This document shows positions 40,900 through 51,667 of a DNA stretch of 64,000 nucleotides, piece by piece. The stretch is from assembly GCA_044223005.1 (NCBI GenBank), contig JBGAML010000010.1, forward strand, positions 32,001-96,000, given 5' to 3'. Below the pieces are notes generated by a model. The model saw only the letters and a list, made by a program, of their open reading frames with translations, ran no database searches and had not been told where the DNA came from. How positions within the stretch are numbered: the stretch's first letter is position 1; every line of letters begins with the position of its first letter. A program made the translations under genes and the position numbers. Origin of the DNA: Candidatus Eiseniibacteriota bacterium (GTDB lineage: Bacteria; Eisenbacteria; RBG-16-71-46).

Positions 40900-42009
40900 T
40901 TGTTCAAATCGAAACCCGGAAGTACCGCCCGGCTGCTGGAACTCTGCACGGCGTACTTCTTTTCCTATGTAGTCACCGGGCTGCTGGTGAAATGGTTCAC
41001 CGGCGGCCTGCACGAGCCCAGGATGTCGGACGTTGCCTACAGCGTGAACAACACGCTGGGCGGCAACCTGTTGTGCCTCATCGCCGTGTTCGCGCTCGGC
41101 TGGATCCCGTGGCCGGGCAAGCGCGGGGGCAAGTGGCCCCGCGAAACGGGGTACATCCTCGCGTCGGGCGTCTGCACCGCCATCATCATCCCGGGCACGA
41201 CGCTCCTCTACACGCTGCCGATCTCGGTGATGGTCGCCATGGTGATCATGCGCGGCAGCATCATCGTGATCAGCCGGCTGATCGACGCCGTGCAGATCCA
41301 GCAGGGCATCCTGAAGCGCAAGGTCTACGCCGAGGAGAACTGGGCGGTGGCGTTCGCGCTCATGGCCGTGGGCGCGAACCTGCTGCCGGTGCCGCTCGCG
41401 CCGTGGTTCGAGCAGCACACCAGCACCGCGCACGCGCTCGGGATCGACCCGGCCAAGCTGCACGGCGGTTTCGATTTCGTGCACAACGTCTTCGCGATGT
41501 GGGTGCTCGGCGCGTACATCACCGCGTACGCGATCCGGCTCTACCTCATGAACTACTTCAAGAACACGCGCACCGGCCCCGCCGACGTCGACAACCGCGG
41601 CTACTTCGCGCTCGAGCAGCTGAGCGCGAGCCTCGTGATCTTCGCCGCGCTCGGCGTGCTGTGGTGGGGCGTGCGCAACCTCGGCTGGACCGATCCGCAC
41701 CTGCAGATCGCGCACGACACGATCCAGGCGCCGAACGTGTGGGGCGTGCTCTCGGGTATCCCGTTCGGGCTCGTGGCGTTCTTCTCGGTGTTCCTGTTCA
41801 TGTTCCAGGGCCGCACCGCGACGTTCGCCGGGCTCGTGAACCGGCTGACCTCGCTGCTGGCCGGCACCGCGTCGACGCTGCTGCTCGCGTGGTTCTTCCA
41901 CCTGAAGCCGCCGGCGATCACCGACTGGATATCGTTCGGCTTCATCCTCGTCGCGGTCGCGTTCCTCTCGCGCGCCGAACAGCGGCGCACCGCCGAGCCC
42001 ACCACCTGA
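40900..42009 (+). CDS. Multi-pass integral membrane protein (possible DMT-like transporter)
   Basis: About 10 hydrophobic helices; GGAGG before a TTG start. Confidence 0.7.
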   Translation: MFKSKPGSTARLLELCTAYFFSYVVTGLLVKWFTGGLHEPRMSDVAYSVNNTLGGNLLCLIAVFALGWIPWPGKRGGKWPRETGYILASGVCTAIIIPGTTLLYTLPISVMVAMVIMRGSIIVISRLIDAVQIQQGILKRKVYAEENWAVAFALMAVGANLLPVPLAPWFEQHTSTAHALGIDPAKLHGGFDFVHNVFAMWVLGAYITAYAIRLYLMNYFKNTRTGPADVDNRGYFALEQLSASLVIFAALGVLWWGVRNLGWTDPHLQIAHDTIQAPNVWGVLSGIPFGLVAFFSVFLFMFQGRTATFAGLVNRLTSLLAGTASTLLLAWFFHLKPPAITDWISFGFILVAVAFLSRAEQRRTAEPTT

Positions 42010-42198
42010 GGCCGCGCTCTCGACTGCCTGTCGAGAAGACAACACGGGGTCAAGATCCGCGCGTGACGTGAACCTCCGTTGCGCGCGGTGTCTCTGATGG
42101 ATCAGGTTCGCGTCACTCGTGCCGAAGCATCGGGATGAGAGAGACGCGACTCTCGGATCTGGATCGACTTCGCCCCCTCGGCCGCACCGGGTGTCCCC

Positions 42199-43422
42199 GT
42201 GAACGTCGTGCCGCCGCCGTCGTACCCATTCACCCGTTTCACCCGCTCGCTCCGCGCGAGCCTGCGCATCGCGCTGTTCGCCGCGAGCGCGCTCGCGTTC
42301 GCGTTCACGCGCGCCCACGGCGCGACGGAGGCGCCGCAGAGCCTCGCCACCGTGCCGCTCGTCGAGAGCGTGCCGCGGCCGCACGTGTTCGGCGCCCCGG
42401 AGGCGCCGGCGAACCCGCGCGCCGAGCCGGCGTTCTATCACTCGCTTCCCTACGGCAGCGAAGCGCTCGTGAACCCAGTCCGCCTGATCGTGAACGGTGG
42501 CTTCGGGATCCTGCAGTTCGACAACCGCGACAACGCGTTCGGGTCGGTGCGCTACGGAGCCGGCTGGCATCGCGTGTGGAGCGACGTCGGCCATCCGGTG
42601 CGCGCGATCGAAACGGGCGGCTGGCGGAACTTCGTCGAGTCCGAGCTGCTCCCGATCAGCATGAACCACCGCGACGCGCGCTACTGGCCCAACTACACGC
42701 TGCACCTGGTCGGCGGCGGCATGAGCTACGCGAACATGACCGAGTGGTACGCCGCGCATGGCTACGCGCATCCGCAGCGCTGGGCGCAGCGCACGCTGGT
42801 CGCGTACCACCTGCTCAACGAGGTGGTCGAGAACGACGACCAGCCCGGACCCACGACGGACGCGCTCACCGACCTGCTGATCTTCGACCCCGCGGGCGTC
42901 TGGCTCTTCAGCCATCCCGGCGTGCGGGGCTTCTTCGGGCGCACGCTCGAGATGCGCGACTGGTCCAACCAGCCGGCGATCGACCCGCGACGCGGCACGA
43001 TCGTGAACAACGGCCAGAACTTCTCGATCAAGTGGGGACCGCGCTGGAGCGGGCCCGTGCGGTTCTTCTACTACTTCGGCAACCACGGCGAAGCGGGCCT
43101 GAGCTTCCGGCGCGCGAACGGCTCGTCGTTCTCGGCCGCGGGGGGCTTCAGCGCCAGCACGCTGGTCGACCTCGGCCGCGGCGACCGCACCGCGGAACTG
43201 CTGCCGTCCTCGGGGCTCTTCTACGATCGCAACGGCTCGCTGCTCGTCTCGGTGATCGCGACGCGCTCGCACCGGAACCGGCTGCGAGTGAACGCGTACC
43301 CCGGCTGGCTGCGCGTGCACGGCCACACCGCGGGCGCGTTCGCGATCTGGAACGACCGCGGCGAGGCGACGCTGGGCCTCTCGCTGGCCGGGCTGCCGGT
43401 CGGCGTCGCCGGCCGGCCCTGA
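42199..43422 (+). CDS. Exported, probable outer-membrane protein of unknown function
   Basis: Signal-like N-terminus; helical middle (WPNYTLHLVGGG..LNEVVEN); amphipathic beta-rich C-terminal half. Start uncertain. Confidence 0.6.
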   Translation: MNVVPPPSYPFTRFTRSLRASLRIALFAASALAFAFTRAHGATEAPQSLATVPLVESVPRPHVFGAPEAPANPRAEPAFYHSLPYGSEALVNPVRLIVNGGFGILQFDNRDNAFGSVRYGAGWHRVWSDVGHPVRAIETGGWRNFVESELLPISMNHRDARYWPNYTLHLVGGGMSYANMTEWYAAHGYAHPQRWAQRTLVAYHLLNEVVENDDQPGPTTDALTDLLIFDPAGVWLFSHPGVRGFFGRTLEMRDWSNQPAIDPRRGTIVNNGQNFSIKWGPRWSGPVRFFYYFGNHGEAGLSFRRANGSSFSAAGGFSASTLVDLGRGDRTAELLPSSGLFYDRNGSLLVSVIATRSHRNRLRVNAYPGWLRVHGHTAGAFAIWNDRGEATLGLSLAGLPVGVAGRP

Positions 43423-43486
43423 CGCCGGAACGCGAACGGCCGGCGCCCGTCCGCGGGCGCCGGCCGTCGCGTGAACCGGAGGCCGG

Positions 43487-45718
43487 TCAGGGCTTCGGGC
43501 CCACCAGCACGCGCGCGTCGAGCGCCACGCACCCGCGCCCGGGCGGCATCACCTTGAGCGGGTTCAGGTCGAGCTCGCGCAGCTCGGGCACGTCGCCCAC
43601 CATCTGCGACACGCGCAGGATCGTCTCCTCGAGCTTCGCGACGTCGCCCGGAGGCGCGCCGCGGTAGCCGTCGAGCAGCTTCGCGCCGCGGATGCCGCGC
43701 ACCATCTGCGCGGCGTCGCGGTCGGTGAGCGGGTGAACGCGGAAGTAGACGTCCTTCAGCAGTTCCACCTGCACGCCGCCCAGGCCGAACAGCATGAGCG
43801 GGCCGAAGCTCGGATCGCGCGTCATGCCGACGATCGTCTCGAGCCCTTCGCGGATCATCGGCTGGATCGTGACGCCGGCCATCTCGGCGCGCTTGCCGAT
43901 CTCGCCGAGCTTCTTCTCGATCGCACCGAACGCCTCGCGCACCTCGCCCGCGTTGCGCAGGTCGAGCCGCACGCCGCCCACGTCACTCTTGTGCGTGATC
44001 GTGTCGCTCGCGAGCTTGACCGCGACCGGGAACCCGAGCTTCGTGGCCGCGGCCGCCGCCTCGTCCGCGGTCTTCGCGAACTCGACGGGCGGCGTCGCGA
44101 TGCGATACGCGGCGAGCAGGGCGGTCACTTCGTCGGGCGTCAGCCACGCACCCTTCTCGTCCGCGCGCTTGAGCGCCCCGTCCACCACGGCGCGAGCGCC
44201 GGCACGATCGACGTCGGCGTACACGGGCACGACGCCGTCGGGCGACTGCAGCCAGCGGCCGTAGCGAACCGCGTGCGAGAGCGCGATCGCCGCCGCCTCG
44301 GGGAACGTGTACGACGGAATGTGCCCGGCCTGCAGGCTCTTGAGCCCCTCGGGCACGCCGTGCGAGCCGAGAAAGCACGAGAGCACCGGCTTGGGGTCCT
44401 CGCCGCGCGCACGTGCGTCGGCCTTGGCGGCCTCGTTGCCGCGCACGATCGCCTGCGCCACTTCCATCGGGTTGGTCACGATGGGCGGCACGTAGAGCAC
44501 GATCAGCGCGTCGAGGTTCGGGTCCTTCGCCATGATGCGCACGGCCTTCTCGAACGCCTCGGGCGTCGCGGACGCGATCATGTCGACGGGATTGCGCGTG
44601 CTCGCCTCGGCCGGCAGGAACGCCTGCAGCTCGGCGCGCGTCGCGTCGGTCAGGCCCACCACCTCGAGCCCGCGGGTCTCGCACGCGTCGGATGCCATGA
44701 TCGCGGGCCCGCCCGCGTTGGTCACGATGCCGACGCGATGCCCCTTCGGCACCGGCTGGTTCGCGAGCACGATCGCGACGTCGAAGAGCTCTTCCAGCGT
44801 GTCGGTGCGGATCACGCCGGCCTGCGCGCAGAGCGCGGTCACCGCGGTGTCGGCGCCCGCGAGCGAGCCCGTGTGCGACGACGCGGCGCGAATGCCGGCG
44901 CTCGTGCGACCGCTCTTCACCGCGAGGATCGGCTTCTTGCGGCCGACGCGGCGCGCGATCTCGAGGAAGCGATGCGGATTACCGAACGACTCCAGGTAGA
45001 GCAGGATGATGCGCGTGCCCGGATCCTTCTCCCAGTACTCGAGCAGGTCGTTGCCGGACACGTCGGCCTTGTTGCCCACGCTCACGAAGTGCGAGAGCCC
45101 GACGTTGAGCGCGTTCGCGTATTCGATGATCGCGAGCCCGAGCGCGCCGCTCTGCGACGAGAACGCGACCGGTCCCGGCGGCGGGAACGGCGGCGCGAAC
45201 GTCGCGTCCATGCTCACGCCGGCTTCGGTGTTGAGCACGCCGAGGCAGTTGGGACCGACCACGCGCATGCCGTACTTGCGCGCGATCGCGAGCAGTTCGC
45301 GTTCGCGCTCGACGCCTTCGCCGCCCACTTCCTTGAAGCCGGCGCTGATCACGACCGCGCCCTTCACGCCCTTCCTGCCGCACTCCTCGAGCGTCGCGTT
45401 CACGTGCTTGCCCGGCACCACGATCAACGCGAGGTCCACGGATTCCGGAACGTCGGTGATGCTCGGGTAGGCGCGCACGCTCTGCACGGTCGGTGACTTG
45501 GGGTTCACCGGGTACACGGCGCCCTGGAAGTCGTGCTTGATGAGGTTGTGGAACAGGGCGCCGCCGACCGTCGTGCGGTCGCGCGAGGCGCCGATGACGG
45601 CGATCGAACGGGGACGGAAGATGGCGTCGAGGCCCGCGCCCCCTTCGGGCTTGGGCGCGATCGGTCCGGTGGCCTTGGCGGCCGGCGTGGCGGGAAGCGT
45701 CAGGTCGGGCTCGTTCAT
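43487..45718 (-). CDS. ADP-forming acetate/acyl-CoA ligase (fused alpha-beta)
   Basis: PRSIAVIGAS, GPNCLG, SQSGALG, AASSHTGSL, NPVD, HKSDVGGV, DLNPL, ALDAR; no GNAT domain. Confidence 0.9.
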   Translation of the reverse strand: MNEPDLTLPATPAAKATGPIAPKPEGGAGLDAIFRPRSIAVIGASRDRTTVGGALFHNLIKHDFQGAVYPVNPKSPTVQSVRAYPSITDVPESVDLALIVVPGKHVNATLEECGRKGVKGAVVISAGFKEVGGEGVERERELLAIARKYGMRVVGPNCLGVLNTEAGVSMDATFAPPFPPPGPVAFSSQSGALGLAIIEYANALNVGLSHFVSVGNKADVSGNDLLEYWEKDPGTRIILLYLESFGNPHRFLEIARRVGRKKPILAVKSGRTSAGIRAASSHTGSLAGADTAVTALCAQAGVIRTDTLEELFDVAIVLANQPVPKGHRVGIVTNAGGPAIMASDACETRGLEVVGLTDATRAELQAFLPAEASTRNPVDMIASATPEAFEKAVRIMAKDPNLDALIVLYVPPIVTNPMEVAQAIVRGNEAAKADARARGEDPKPVLSCFLGSHGVPEGLKSLQAGHIPSYTFPEAAAIALSHAVRYGRWLQSPDGVVPVYADVDRAGARAVVDGALKRADEKGAWLTPDEVTALLAAYRIATPPVEFAKTADEAAAAATKLGFPVAVKLASDTITHKSDVGGVRLDLRNAGEVREAFGAIEKKLGEIGKRAEMAGVTIQPMIREGLETIVGMTRDPSFGPLMLFGLGGVQVELLKDVYFRVHPLTDRDAAQMVRGIRGAKLLDGYRGAPPGDVAKLEETILRVSQMVGDVPELRELDLNPLKVMPPGRGCVALDARVLVGPKP

Positions 45719-46031
45719 GGTCGGCTCCGTGGAGGTCCGCGCAGGGCGCCGGGTCGCCCGGCCACCGCGCGTTCGCACTTGCGTTTCGAGCAATCCGCGA
45801 GCCATCCGGACGGCGCCGGAACGTCTCCCGCCGGTGGATGCTCCCCGCTGTGCGCAGCGAAGATGCACGCGCGGACCGGCGAGCGCCAAGTTGCGACCCG
45901 AGTCCCGGCGCCGACATGCGCGCAGGCCGTCTGCCACGCTGGCAGGCGCCCCGCGCGGACCGGACCGTGCTAGTTTCGCGTTCCCGTTCCCCGGCACGCG
46001 CCTCGCGGGCGCGATTCCCTCGAGAGATGCC

Positions 46032-47009
46032 ATGTCCCGCCTGATCCGGATCGCCTCGGCCGCCGTCACGCTGGCGCTGTTCGCCGCGAGCTGCGGCAAG
46101 ACCACGTCGACCTCGGGTCCCACGGGGGACGACAAGGGCGAGCACCTGCTCGCATTCACGACCACGCGCCTCTCGGGCGGCGCCGAAGCCGACGTCGCGC
46201 TCTACGACATCGACACGGGCGTGTTCCGCTCGGTCGCGGGACTCAACACGTCGGCCGGGCAGTCGGAGCCCTGCCTCACGGACGACGGCAGCGTGATCGT
46301 GTTCGCGAGCGCGCGCAGCGGCAGCGTGGGCGGGACCGATCTCTGGATCTACGACCGGCTGCTGCAGAAGGTGCAGACCGCGCCGGGCCTGAACAGCGCC
46401 GTGAACGAGTCGTGGCCGCGCTTCACGCACGACGGCAAGCGCCTCGCGTTCGTGCGCGACACACTGGGCGCGAAGCGCGTGCGGCTGTTCGATGCGACCA
46501 CGTCGCGGCTCGTGCCGCTGCCCGGGCTCGACGCCGCGGGCGCGGCCAGCGACGACCAGCCCGCGCCGGATCTCGCGGGCGACCGGATCGCGTTCGCGTC
46601 CGACCGCTCGGGCGCCGGACACGTGCTGGTGTGGAACCGCGTGGGCGGGCTCGGCACGTACATCGGACTCGACGGCGACACGGTGGACACCGAACCGTCG
46701 CTCTCTTCCAACGGCCGCTGGCTCGCGTTCGCGAGCAACCGCTCCGGCGGCGCGGGCGGCTGGGACGTCTATCTCTACGACCTGCAGATGGCCGCGCTGG
46801 TGCGCCTGCCGCGCTGCAACACCACGGGCGACGAACGCCATCCGTCGGTGAGCGCCGACGGCCAGCGGATCGCGATGCAGGCGCGCACGAGCCCCACCGG
46901 CCACTGGAGCCTCTGGGTCTACACGCTCGGCGATTCGTCGCGGCTGCAGCCCACGCCGCTCGCCGCCAGCAGCGCGGACGACGTGCAGCCGGGCATGCGC
47001 TGGCGCTGA
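46032..47009 (+). CDS. TolB-like (PD40/WD40) beta-propeller lipoprotein
   Basis: Lipobox FAASC; repeated P...DG..IAF.S.R units. Confidence 0.85.
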   Translation: MSRLIRIASAAVTLALFAASCGKTTSTSGPTGDDKGEHLLAFTTTRLSGGAEADVALYDIDTGVFRSVAGLNTSAGQSEPCLTDDGSVIVFASARSGSVGGTDLWIYDRLLQKVQTAPGLNSAVNESWPRFTHDGKRLAFVRDTLGAKRVRLFDATTSRLVPLPGLDAAGAASDDQPAPDLAGDRIAFASDRSGAGHVLVWNRVGGLGTYIGLDGDTVDTEPSLSSNGRWLAFASNRSGGAGGWDVYLYDLQMAALVRLPRCNTTGDERHPSVSADGQRIAMQARTSPTGHWSLWVYTLGDSSRLQPTPLAASSADDVQPGMRWR

Positions 47010-47314
47010 AATCGCGCCACGCGCGATCGCGACGCCGCTCGACGCGGGGCTGCCCGCAGGCGAGCGCTCGCTCGCCCGGGACGGGCGCGACGGCGCCGGG
47101 GGTCCACCTCGTTTCGCTCGAGAGCGTCGGCGCGCGGCGCCCCGCGCGGCTGGTCCTTCTGGAGTAGCTCCGGCGGAGGAATCGCGATCGAACGGCGGGG
47201 AGCGGCGGGCGTAACATCGTTCCACGCACCCCGCAGGACCTCCCGGACTTCGACGCCGTCCCCCGGCCGAGAGCATCGCCTGCCCTCCCGATTCCCGACG
47301 TGGAGGTCGTCGCC

Positions 47315-49138
47315 ATGCGCACGTTCGCGCCGCTCGCCGCAGCACTGCTGCTCGCCACCTCCTTCGCGGCGCCCGCGCACGCCGCGTGGCCCACGTCGCC
47401 CACCGTCAACGTGCCCGTGTGCACGGCGGCGGGTTACCAGCTCCAGCCTTGCGTCACCTCCGACAGCTCCGGAGGGGCGATCGTCGCCTGGGTGGATTTC
47501 CGCGGCGGGATCCCCGCGCCCGCGAGTGGCATGTACGCGCAACACCTGCTCGTCACCGGCACCGTCGACCCGGCCTGGCCCGTGAATGGTGTCCAGCTCT
47601 GGAGTGGAACCGGCTGGCTGCCCAAGATCGTCGCCGACGGCGTCGGCGGCGCGATCGTCACGTGGACGGACCTCGCGGCGGTCGACCGACGAATCCTCGC
47701 GCAGCATGTACGAGCGGACGGCACGCTCGATCCCGCGTGGCCGGCGGGCGGGGTCGTGCTGTGCGCCGCACCTGGCCTTCGGAACGACGACGCGATCGAG
47801 GTGGGCTGGGGCTACCAGCTCGCGGCCTCCGACGGCGCGGGCGGGCTGCTCGTCGCATGGGATGACCAGCGCAGCGGTACGTGGGACATCTACGCCCAGC
47901 GCGTACTGGCCTCGGGCGCGATCGCACCGGGATGGCCGACGAACGGCCTCGCGCTCTGCACTGCGGCCGGGGATCAGTTCTTCCCCGCGCTCATGCACGA
48001 CGGTGCGGGCGGCGCGATCGTGTGCTGGGAGGATCGCCGCGGCGGGGCCAATCTCCGCACCTACGCGCAGCACGTCCTCGGTTCGGGCAGCGTCGATCCC
48101 GCGTGGACCGCGAACGGCAACCTCGTCAGCGACGCCACCGGCTGGCGTCCGAGCCTCGTCACCGACGGCAGCACCGGGGCGATCGTCGCGCAGCGCGCGG
48201 AGCCGTACTCGATCCGCGCGCAGCACCTGCGCATCGACGGCACTGCGGACCCGGCGTGGCCCATCGGCGGCCGCAAGATCCCCTGGCGTGACAGCCTGCT
48301 CATCGGTTACTCGCACGGCCCCGTACGCCTCGCGCCCGACGGAGCGAACGGGGCGTTCCTCGCGTGGCTCGAGATTCCCGCGCAGAGTGGTGGCTGGTAC
48401 AACGTGGGCGAGGCCGCGATCGACGCATCCGGAAACCTCACCGCCTCCTTGACGGTGGGTGCGATCGCGTTCGTGAACGCCTCGTTGGCCTCCGTCGACG
48501 GGGTCAGCGGCGATTGGTCCGGCATCGCGATCGCCCCGGGCGGCGGCGGCGTGCTGATGCTGCAGTCGACCTACCCGCCATCCGCGTTGGGGCCCGTCAA
48601 CCTCGAGGCCTGGCGCTTCTACCGCACCGGGGACGACAGCCCGGCCTGGAGCGCGAACGCACCGACCTCCGTCACGATCGCGCCGGGCAAGCAACTCAAC
48701 CCCGACCTGGTTCCCGACGGCTTCGGGGGCGCCATCGCCGTCTGGCAGGACAACCGCGCGGATTCCTCCGGCGGGAACTTCGACATCTACGCCCAGCGCC
48801 TCTCCACCGCCGGCCAGATGGTCGGCGTCGGCGATCCGCCGACGCTCGCGACATCGCTCGCGCTCGCCGCGCCCGCGCCCAACCCGGCGTCACGCGCGAC
48901 CACGCTGCGCTACGCGCTGCCGGCCGCGGCGCGCGTCTCGCTGCGCATCTACGACGCCGCGGGCCGGCTCGTGCGGACGCTGGCCGACACCGAGCAGGGC
49001 GCGGGCGCACATGCGGCAACGTGGGACCTGTGCGACGACGCGGGCCGCATCGCGAGCCCGGGCCTCTACTTCGCGCGACTCGAGGCGGGCGGACACTCGG
49101 CTGTTCGCCGGATCGTGCTCGAACGTTGGGAGGATTAG
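47315..49138 (+). CDS. Secreted repeat (propeller-like) protein with FlgD-Ig/T9SS-like CTD
   Basis: About 8 repeats of DGxGGAIVxWxD.R..IYAQH...G..DPAWP.NG; CTD APNPA..IYDAAGRLVRTL..WD..GLYFARL. Confidence 0.82.
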   Translation: MRTFAPLAAALLLATSFAAPAHAAWPTSPTVNVPVCTAAGYQLQPCVTSDSSGGAIVAWVDFRGGIPAPASGMYAQHLLVTGTVDPAWPVNGVQLWSGTGWLPKIVADGVGGAIVTWTDLAAVDRRILAQHVRADGTLDPAWPAGGVVLCAAPGLRNDDAIEVGWGYQLAASDGAGGLLVAWDDQRSGTWDIYAQRVLASGAIAPGWPTNGLALCTAAGDQFFPALMHDGAGGAIVCWEDRRGGANLRTYAQHVLGSGSVDPAWTANGNLVSDATGWRPSLVTDGSTGAIVAQRAEPYSIRAQHLRIDGTADPAWPIGGRKIPWRDSLLIGYSHGPVRLAPDGANGAFLAWLEIPAQSGGWYNVGEAAIDASGNLTASLTVGAIAFVNASLASVDGVSGDWSGIAIAPGGGGVLMLQSTYPPSALGPVNLEAWRFYRTGDDSPAWSANAPTSVTIAPGKQLNPDLVPDGFGGAIAVWQDNRADSSGGNFDIYAQRLSTAGQMVGVGDPPTLATSLALAAPAPNPASRATTLRYALPAAARVSLRIYDAAGRLVRTLADTEQGAGAHAATWDLCDDAGRIASPGLYFARLEAGGHSAVRRIVLERWED

Positions 49139-49243
49139 CGCACCGCTCGCGAGATTCTCCGAAGGTCCGGGGGGATTCGCGGCTACTGTGCGGATCCCCC
49201 GCACGTTTCCCGCCGAACCGTGCTCCATCCCACGGAGGCCGTC

Positions 49244-51667
49244 ATGGTCCCGCACGCCCGCCCCAGCGCGCGCTCGTCGCGCCCGCTCGCCCGGCTGCTC
49301 GTCATCCTCGCGCTGCTCGCCGGCGCGTTCGTCCCCACCGCACGCGCCGCCGATCCGGCGGTCAGCTTCAACCCGACCTTCAACGGCGGCGCGTTCACGT
49401 ACGGCTGGGCGCCCGCGCTGGGCGGCACCTTCACCGCGTTCACGAACCACAATACGGACGGCTTCGGGCTCCAGTACTGGGACTTCGCGACCAACCAGGC
49501 GCGCGTGAGCCGGAACGGCACCGGGGTCGCCAAGAACATCGGCTCCAACACGACCGTCCAGCCCGGCGACCTCGTGCTGCTGCCGGGCTCGACGACGCCG
49601 TACGTGATCGTGCGCTACACGGCGCCGGCCGCGGGCTCCTATGCGATCAATGCGCGCTTCACCCGCCGCTCCACGAACACGTTCTTCGGCGCCGACGTGG
49701 CCGTGGTGCAGGGCACCAGCGTGCTCTGGTCGCGCTGGATCTCCGTGGACATGGGCGGCCTCGCGAGCGTCTCGACCAGCGTCACGCTGGCCAAGAACGA
49801 CGTCGTCGACTTCGCGGTCGGGCCGGCGGACGGCTCGAACAACTCCGATGCGATCGCGCTCGATGCGACGATCGACCTCGAGCCCTCCCCGGGCCCGGCG
49901 GGCGCGGTGATCCCGTTCGGTGGCCAGCGCTATGTCGCCTGCCTCGGCGACTCGGCGGGTGAATCGATCGCGTTCGATCCCGTGAACAAGCGCACCGTGT
50001 CCAACGACGCGATCCGCAACCCGTGCGGCGGGATCGTGTACTCCACCAACATGTTCGCGCCCGGCCTCGCCTGGGACCAGCGCACGAGCACGTTCTGGCA
50101 GATCAGCAACACGCGCGTGGTGAAGAACTACACGCCCGCCGGCGTGCTGGTCAGCACGCAGTTCACGATCCCGCTCACGTTCACCGTTCCCGGCTGGGGC
50201 CTCGACACGCTCGAGACGCCCAAGGGCATCGCCACCGACTCCAACTTCGTCTACGTGGTCGACGCGGGTGACGGCGGCGTGCAGGGCCAGATCCACGCGA
50301 ACGAGTGGTTCAAGTTCACCCGCACCGGCACGCCGGTCACCTCGTCCAAGCTCACCAACTTCCACGCCAACCTGGACCTCGCGCCGGACTGCATCGTGGA
50401 CGACGTCGTCTACGTGCCGTTCTCCTCGCCGATCTACCCGGGCAAGCTGCTGATCCCGCTCGAGCACAGCGGCATCCAGGTGATCGACCCGAACGGCAAC
50501 TTCGTCGCCAAGTTCCGCTGGACCGACGTGGGCGTGCCGTTCGGCGTCAAGGTGTCGGCGTTCGCCGGGCTGACGATCGATCCGACGACCGGCAATCTCC
50601 ACCTGGTCGAGAACGACGGTGGCGGACCGTCCCAGGGCCGCACGCAGGTGTGGACGCGGCTCCCGCAGGCCGCCGCGACCTCGTACGTGGTCGGGGTGGG
50701 CGGCAGCCTGCCGCGGCTCCAGTACCCGAACCCGGGCTGCAACCGGCCGCTGCTCCTGCCGTCGCCCGCGTCGGCGAGCCTGACGTTCGGCATCGCGTAC
50801 CGGCCGGCCAACGCTTCCGTTTACGGCGTGGATTTCGGCGGCGGCCAGATGCACCGCTTCAATCCCGCCACCGGGTACGCGGATCGCGTGGCCGCGACCG
50901 GCATCCCCGACATCTGGGGCGTGGCCTACGACGCCACCCGCGACGTTCTCTACGGGATCGACCAGGCCGTCTCGCCGTCGCCGCGGATCGTGAAGATCGA
51001 CCCGGTGACCGGCAGCGCGAGCCCGCTGCCGGGCTACGTCGGCTACTCGATGGACGACATCGCATTCGACACCGTGGACAACAGGATCTATGGCGTCGGG
51101 TTCAACGGCGTGAACCCGCAGCTCGTGCGCATCGATCGCGACACCGGCGTGGGCACGCTGGTCGGCGGAACCACGGTCAACACGCGCGGGATCGAGTTCG
51201 ACCCGGTGAGCAACAAGCTGGTGGCGATGACGAGCGGTCCGTCCACCTCCACGCTCTACAGCATCGACCCGGCGACCGGGGCGTTCACGACGCTGGCATC
51301 GGGGCTGCAGACGCAGGGCTGGGAAGGGCTTGCGGTCGTGCCCGTACCGGCGGCGACGTCAGTGGCGGACGCCCCGCCAGCGGCGCGCGCGCCGACCGCG
51401 GAGCTGGCCGTGGCGCCGAATCCCTCCCGCGGCGACGCATCGATCGCGTTCTCCCTGGCGACGGGAGCGGACGTCGACGCGTCGGTGTACGACGTGAGCG
51501 GGCGCCTGGTGCGGCGTCTCGTGCGCGGGCATTTCGCGGCGGGCCGGCATGCGCTGACGTGGGACGGCCGCGACGGCGACGGCCGCACCGTCGCGAGCGG
51601 CGTCTACTTCGTGCGCGTCGATCGCGGAAGCGAATCACTCGTCGCGCGCACCGTGCGGCTCGAATAG
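49244..51667 (+). CDS. Secreted multi-domain beta-propeller protein with FlgD-Ig/T9SS-like CTD
   Basis: GGAGG RBS; signal peptide; repeats G.AYD....LYG..IDP.TG; CTD APNPS..VYDVSGRLVR..WDGRDGDG..GVYFVR. Confidence 0.82.
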   Translation: MVPHARPSARSSRPLARLLVILALLAGAFVPTARAADPAVSFNPTFNGGAFTYGWAPALGGTFTAFTNHNTDGFGLQYWDFATNQARVSRNGTGVAKNIGSNTTVQPGDLVLLPGSTTPYVIVRYTAPAAGSYAINARFTRRSTNTFFGADVAVVQGTSVLWSRWISVDMGGLASVSTSVTLAKNDVVDFAVGPADGSNNSDAIALDATIDLEPSPGPAGAVIPFGGQRYVACLGDSAGESIAFDPVNKRTVSNDAIRNPCGGIVYSTNMFAPGLAWDQRTSTFWQISNTRVVKNYTPAGVLVSTQFTIPLTFTVPGWGLDTLETPKGIATDSNFVYVVDAGDGGVQGQIHANEWFKFTRTGTPVTSSKLTNFHANLDLAPDCIVDDVVYVPFSSPIYPGKLLIPLEHSGIQVIDPNGNFVAKFRWTDVGVPFGVKVSAFAGLTIDPTTGNLHLVENDGGGPSQGRTQVWTRLPQAAATSYVVGVGGSLPRLQYPNPGCNRPLLLPSPASASLTFGIAYRPANASVYGVDFGGGQMHRFNPATGYADRVAATGIPDIWGVAYDATRDVLYGIDQAVSPSPRIVKIDPVTGSASPLPGYVGYSMDDIAFDTVDNRIYGVGFNGVNPQLVRIDRDTGVGTLVGGTTVNTRGIEFDPVSNKLVAMTSGPSTSTLYSIDPATGAFTTLASGLQTQGWEGLAVVPVPAATSVADAPPAARAPTAELAVAPNPSRGDASIAFSLATGADVDASVYDVSGRLVRRLVRGHFAAGRHALTWDGRDGDGRTVASGVYFVRVDRGSESLVARTVRLE

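Noticed and set aside
43487..45718. Protein lysine acetyltransferase (Pat/Pka)
   Set aside because: No GNAT domain, and both catalytic His motifs (SHTG, HKSD) are intact, so an ADP-forming ligase is preferred.
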